A DNA stretch of 64,000 bases, taken from the NCBI GenBank assembly GCA_041254175.1, contig JBESZM010000034.1, positions 20,616-84,615 of the forward strand, given 5' to 3'. A program made the translations under genes and the position numbers. Origin of the DNA: Flavobacteriaceae bacterium. GTDB taxonomy: Bacteria; Bacteroidota; Bacteroidia; Flavobacteriales; Flavobacteriaceae. This document shows, piece by piece, positions 59,897 to 64,000 of the stretch. The notes beneath the pieces are model-generated. The model was not told where the DNA came from and did no database searches. It worked only from the letters and a program-made list of their open reading frames with translations. How positions within the stretch are numbered: the stretch's first letter is position 1; each line of letters starts with the position of its first letter.

Positions 59897-60688
59897 ATGA
59901 AACACAACCGCAATCATTCTCATTTTATTTCTCTCCTCTTACTGGGATGGTTATTGGTGTTTGCGGCTTGTAAATCCCCTGTTGTCCCTTCCAGCAGGAC
60001 CCCAATTAAAGACATTGGAATCAAGGAATTGACCAAGTCCATTGCCAAAAATCAATTGGATTACAAGAAATTCCGATCGCGGGTAAAAACGACCTACGAC
60101 AATGGCAAACGCAAACAACAGGTCATCATCAATTTGCGGATGGAAAAATCCAAATCCATATGGATGAGCGCCAGTATGATCGTTCCCATTGCCAAACTAT
60201 TGGTAACCCCCGAGAGGGTTTCTTTTTATGAAAAATTTCAAAAAACCTTTTTTGAGGGAGACGTGTCTTTTATCAACCAACAATTCGACACCAGTTTTGA
60301 ATTTAAAGACCTACAAAACCTTTTGATGGGCCTTCCCCTGACCAACATCAATCGAGGTCGTTGGGAAAGCATTTCGCATCCCAAATATTATATTTTGACT
60401 CCCAAATCCGACAAATTGCGGTTCCGACCTACCTTCTTTTTTGACCCCAATAATTTTTTGCTCCTCGAACAGCGTTTTATGGTCCAGGGTACCCAGCAGT
60501 CTTTGACCATCAAATACCTCAACCACCAAAAATTGGAAGGAGAGTTTGTTCCCGGAGAGGTTCAAATTTCGCTTTTTGACGGTTCGGCATTAACGAGAAT
60601 CAAATTGGAGTATACCCGTGCCGACTTTCCCAATCAATTGAGCATTCCCTTTGACATTCCTGCAGGTTACCAACCAATAGAAATGTAA
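59897..60688 (+). CDS. DUF4292-like (LolB-fold) lipoprotein
   Basis: 263 aa with lipobox VFAAC. The family name is from memory. Confidence 0.55.
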   Translation: MKHNRNHSHFISLLLLGWLLVFAACKSPVVPSSRTPIKDIGIKELTKSIAKNQLDYKKFRSRVKTTYDNGKRKQQVIINLRMEKSKSIWMSASMIVPIAKLLVTPERVSFYEKFQKTFFEGDVSFINQQFDTSFEFKDLQNLLMGLPLTNINRGRWESISHPKYYILTPKSDKLRFRPTFFFDPNNFLLLEQRFMVQGTQQSLTIKYLNHQKLEGEFVPGEVQISLFDGSALTRIKLEYTRADFPNQLSIPFDIPAGYQPIEM

Positions 60689-61908
60689 TGGATCGCATGC
60701 GGCAGCACTGTTTGGTCTTTTTTCTCTTTCTGGCATCGTTAGGGATGGCACAATCCAATGCGGCCCGCCAAAAAACCTTGGAAAACCAAAAAAAGCGGCT
60801 ACAAGAAGAGATCAAACAAATCAACAGCCTGCTTTTTAAAAACACCAGAAAAGAAAAGTCCTTGCTCTCCCAAGTTGAGGATCTCAACGTCAAAATATCC
60901 GTTAGAAGTGATCTGGTCAGGGTCAACAACCAACAGGCCAATCTTTTGACTCAACAAATCAATGTCAATCAAAGAAACATTACCGACCTGAGGAAAGATC
61001 TGGAAACCCTTAAGAAAGACTATGCCGAAATGATTCAAAAATCCTACAAAAGCAAATCTTCCCAAAACCGATTGATGTTTTTGTTTTCTTCCGAGGATTT
61101 TTTACAGGCCTACAAGCGGGTTCAATACATGAAACAGTATGCCAACTTCAGAAAAAAACAGGGAGAGGAGATCGCAGAAAAAACCACCACCCTTCAGTCC
61201 CTTAACAAAACCTTATTAGAGCAAAAAGCCCAAAAGGATGCTTTGGTAATAGAGAATCGAAAGGCACAACAGCAATTGCAGCAGGAACGCAAATCACAGC
61301 AAAGACTGATCCGTGGACTAAAGAACAAATCACGGTCTTTGGCGGGAGAAATCAAACAAAAGCAACGCAAAGCGGCAGCGATTGATCGTGAAATTGAACG
61401 TTTGATTCGCGAAGCCATTGCTGCTTCCAACAGGGCAGCGGGGAAAAAATCCAAAAACGCCTTTGCGCTGACCCCGGAGGCGAAGTTATTGGCTGCCAAT
61501 TTTGTTGCCAACAAGGGCAAACTGCCCTGGCCCGTAGAAAAAGGGATCGTGATCCAGCGTTTTGGTACCCAACCCCATCCGGTGGTTAAGACCACCATGA
61601 TCAAAAGCAATGGGGTCACCATTGCCACCTCGCCCAAATCAGAAGCACGGGCGGTGTTTGAAGGGCAGGTCATGACCATACTCAGCTTTAAAGGCAGTAA
61701 TCCCACCATACTGATCAAGCATGGGAATTTTATCACCACCTACAAAAACATGGGCAAGGTCTATGTCAAAAAAGGCGATAGGGTCAGGGCAAAACAGCCC
61801 ATAGGGCAGATCTTCACCCATCCTCAGACGGGCAAAACGACCCTGCAATTCAGCGTGTTTAACGAATTAAAACCCCAAAATCCAAAAAGCTGGATCTACA
61901 GGATGTAG
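60688..61908 (+). CDS. EnvC-like murein hydrolase activator (coiled coil plus degenerate LytM domain)
   Basis: 406 aa with a signal peptide and about 230 aa of Gln/Lys-rich coiled coil. The C-terminal LytM fold lacks HxH (LQFSVFN replaces LHFE). Confidence 0.75.
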   Translation: MDRMRQHCLVFFLFLASLGMAQSNAARQKTLENQKKRLQEEIKQINSLLFKNTRKEKSLLSQVEDLNVKISVRSDLVRVNNQQANLLTQQINVNQRNITDLRKDLETLKKDYAEMIQKSYKSKSSQNRLMFLFSSEDFLQAYKRVQYMKQYANFRKKQGEEIAEKTTTLQSLNKTLLEQKAQKDALVIENRKAQQQLQQERKSQQRLIRGLKNKSRSLAGEIKQKQRKAAAIDREIERLIREAIAASNRAAGKKSKNAFALTPEAKLLAANFVANKGKLPWPVEKGIVIQRFGTQPHPVVKTTMIKSNGVTIATSPKSEARAVFEGQVMTILSFKGSNPTILIKHGNFITTYKNMGKVYVKKGDRVRAKQPIGQIFTHPQTGKTTLQFSVFNELKPQNPKSWIYRM

Positions 61909-61909
61909 T

Positions 61910-62887
61910 TTAGTTCTCTTCCAAGTACCAGGCTTCCTCTTTGAGGGCGAATCGGATGTAATTGTGCAAGTTCAAAGCTTCGCGCTTAGAAGCAAATCGT
62001 CCGTAGGCTACACGATGAAGTCCTTCCGGATTGACTTCGGTAAAAGCTGCATCAAAACCTTCGGCTTGCAATTGCGCCAATTTTTTTTCGGCATTTTCCA
62101 TAGACCGATAGGATCCGGCGATCACACTGAAATATGTTTGTGCCAGCGGAGCGTCTTCGATCACCTCGGGATTGGCCTCCAGTGTCAGATCCATTTCTGA
62201 TAACGCACCCAAGTCAAAAGTCGCTTTTTGAACGTTGCTTTTGATTTTCTTTTGTGCCATTTCAGTGGCCTTGGCTTTTTCATCGGCAATGTATTGATTG
62301 CCGAAATAATAGACCGCCCCAATAAGGGAAATTCCAATTACCCCGATAATGGCATATCGCATGATCGGAGAGCGTTTGTTTTCGTTTTCTGCCGGGGTAA
62401 ATATCAAGTCGTCTTTGTTTTCGTTTTCCATGATGGTAATGGGTTTAGGTTTTTCTGTTACAATGGGAGGGGTAAAAATTGATTTTCTTATAAAGCTACT
62501 GAGTCCATAGGAGTTCAGGTCAAAATTAATTGATCCAAATGGAGAAAAATTAATTTTCTTTTGTGGGTTGAGGCGCATTTCCCCTATGCCCGCAAAAGTC
62601 AAATGCTGGGTCTGCAGCCTTTGTTTCCAAACGATCACCTCTTTTTCAATTTTTCTCAAGGCTTGTTCATAGGAAACATTTTCTTTTTGAGCCATGTACT
62701 GAGCCAGAATACCGTCGTTGCTTTTCAGCAGATGGTTAAAACTCACTTCTTTCCTTGGAGGAGTAAAAACTCCGGTATCCGGTTGGATCAATACATTGAT
62801 CGTCCGGGTGAGAAAAGCACCAAAATTGGGAACTGTAACACACTCATGTCGGTATAGTAGCTCTTTGATGTACTGTTGCAACTGCAT
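61910..62887 (-). CDS. HU-like N-terminal domain / SPOR domain protein
   Basis: N-terminal VTVPNFGAFLTR (HU-CCDC81-like), a central TM, and a C-terminal SPOR-like domain (YFSVIAGSYRSMENAEKKLAQLQAEGFDA). Confidence 0.7.
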   Translation of the reverse strand: MQLQQYIKELLYRHECVTVPNFGAFLTRTINVLIQPDTGVFTPPRKEVSFNHLLKSNDGILAQYMAQKENVSYEQALRKIEKEVIVWKQRLQTQHLTFAGIGEMRLNPQKKINFSPFGSINFDLNSYGLSSFIRKSIFTPPIVTEKPKPITIMENENKDDLIFTPAENENKRSPIMRYAIIGVIGISLIGAVYYFGNQYIADEKAKATEMAQKKIKSNVQKATFDLGALSEMDLTLEANPEVIEDAPLAQTYFSVIAGSYRSMENAEKKLAQLQAEGFDAAFTEVNPEGLHRVAYGRFASKREALNLHNYIRFALKEEAWYLEEN

Positions 62888-62943
62888 TTTCAAATATAAC
62901 AATATTTATTCCCTAAAATGATAACGATGAATATTGATGATAG

Positions 62944-62951
62944 TATATTTG
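62944..62951 (+). promoter_or_regulatory. -7 box (TATATTTG) for dprA
   Basis: Exact TAnnTTTG, 27 nt upstream of ATG 62979. Confidence 0.45.
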
Positions 62952-62978
62952 AAGGCACCAAATTTTATATTTTCTTTA

Positions 62979-64000
62979 ATGAATCGCCTGCAAGCCTGTC
63001 TTTTTCTGCGTTTTATGCCCGGTTTTGGAAACATCCGAGCCAGGAAATTATGGGAGTTTTCGGGCAGTCCCGAGTCCATTTTCGAGCGATCACCCGAGGA
63101 TTTCCAAACCCTGGAGGGCATAGGCACTGTCCATATTCAATTGATCAAAGGCTGGAAAAAATATTCTGATCGCGTATATAAGGCAGAAGAAAACCTTCAT
63201 AAAAACAACATCAAAACCTTGTTTTTGGGTGATCCCGCCTATCCCAAAACACTTACTTTTTGTCCCGATGCACCCTTGGTTTTGTTTTACAAGGGAAACC
63301 TCAATTTTGGTCAGCGTAAGCTCGTCAGCATCGTTGGTACCCGATCCGGCGATCTCCATGGGGAAAAGATTTGTCGTGAATTGGTCGCTGGCCTGCGGGA
63401 GTTTGATCCGATTATCGTCTCGGGTTTTGCGCGGGGCATCGATATCATTGCCCACGATCAAGCCCTTAAATCCAATTTGAAGACCATTGCTTGTATGGCC
63501 CATGGGCTGGATCAAATTTACCCACCCGAGCACAAGGGGATTTCCAATAAAATTCAGGAAGGGGGGGCTTATTTCTGAGTTTACCACCGAAGAAAAGTTT
63601 GACCGCAAACACTTCTTGATTCGCAATCGCATCATTGCGGGTTTGTCTCATGCTACGGTTGTCATTCAATCCCAATCCAAGGGCGGAAGTATCATCACCG
63701 CCAATTTTGCCCACCAATACAATCGGGAGCTCTTTGCTTTTCCCGGCGAAGTGGGAAATCCCCTTCATCAAGGTTGCCACGATCTGATCCGCTGTCAAAA
63801 AGCCCAACTGATTACCACTGCGGAGGATCTCATCAAGGGCATGGGCTGGGAATCTCAAGCCGGGAATAACGGAGTCCAAAAAAAATTATTCGTAGAACTT
63901 AACGCAGAGGAAAAAATTATTTTTGACGTTCTAAAATCCGTCCCTTACGAAAGCCTGGACAATATCGCCATTGCCACCCGTTTGCCCATCAGTAAAGTGG
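62979..64000 (+). pseudogene. dprA: DNA-processing protein DprA, interrupted by +1 frameshift in a G7 run (runs off window end)
   Basis: The frame from ATG 62979 carries the DprA Rossmann core (VSIVGTRS, SGFARGIDIIAH, HGLDQIYP) and stops at TGA 63576-63578. The rest (LISEFTTEEKFDRKHFLIRNRIIAGLSHATVVIQS...FAFPGE...) continues in the +1 reading frame (63568 onward; a -1 shift at the G run rejoins it) with no stop up to 64000. The junction is the G run 63561-63567. Confidence 0.8.

Noticed and set aside
61194-61739. Long antisense ORFs lie opposite well-supported genes. Examples are 61194..61739(-), 63090..63635(-), 17948..18466(-), 29415..29828(-), 1472..1855(-) and 13761..14174(-).
   Set aside because: Each lies entirely within a gene with strong family motifs on the other strand. 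Their translations are low-complexity with no recognisable motifs, so they are frame shadows.

Overview
This 64-kb window looks like a densely packed core chromosomal segment of a Bacteroidota genome (Flavobacteriia/Cytophagia-like). Phylum evidence: many TAnnTTTG -7 promoter boxes just upstream of start codons, a PorW/SprE-like lipoprotein, a GH3-family gene, Bacteroidota-typical DUF membrane proteins, and an atpBEFHAG operon without atpD/atpC. I call about 68 protein genes, mostly housekeeping, plus one tRNA-Cys(GCA). I saw no rRNA, CRISPR array, transposase, integrase or recognisable defence cassette, so I cannot point to a clear novel multi-gene system. The strongest non-coding signals are listed here. 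(1) Two ParB-type parS motifs, one a 16/16 consensus match, exactly bracket mnmG. (2) A 498-bp very AT-rich gap upstream of rnr is about four times longer than any other gap; it carries DnaA-box-like 9-mers and inverted repeats, with rnpA, parS and mnmG within 10 kb, making it a candidate origin or DNA unwinding element (DUE). (3) Two genes are split by single-base homopolymer frameshifts: dprA at a G7 run and a DUF6090-like gene at an A9 run. (4) Four convergent gene pairs have stop codons exactly 1 nt apart. Uncharacterised but tightly coupled modules are also flagged: DUF4389x2-DUF4870-M48, M23-GH3-methyltransferase-GT2, PorW-bactofilin-AtpZ, a Cys-motif protein with a Met-rich outer-membrane protein (OMP), and SulP with an extra C-terminal domain. 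Family and DUF names come from reading the translations from memory. No database search was run.
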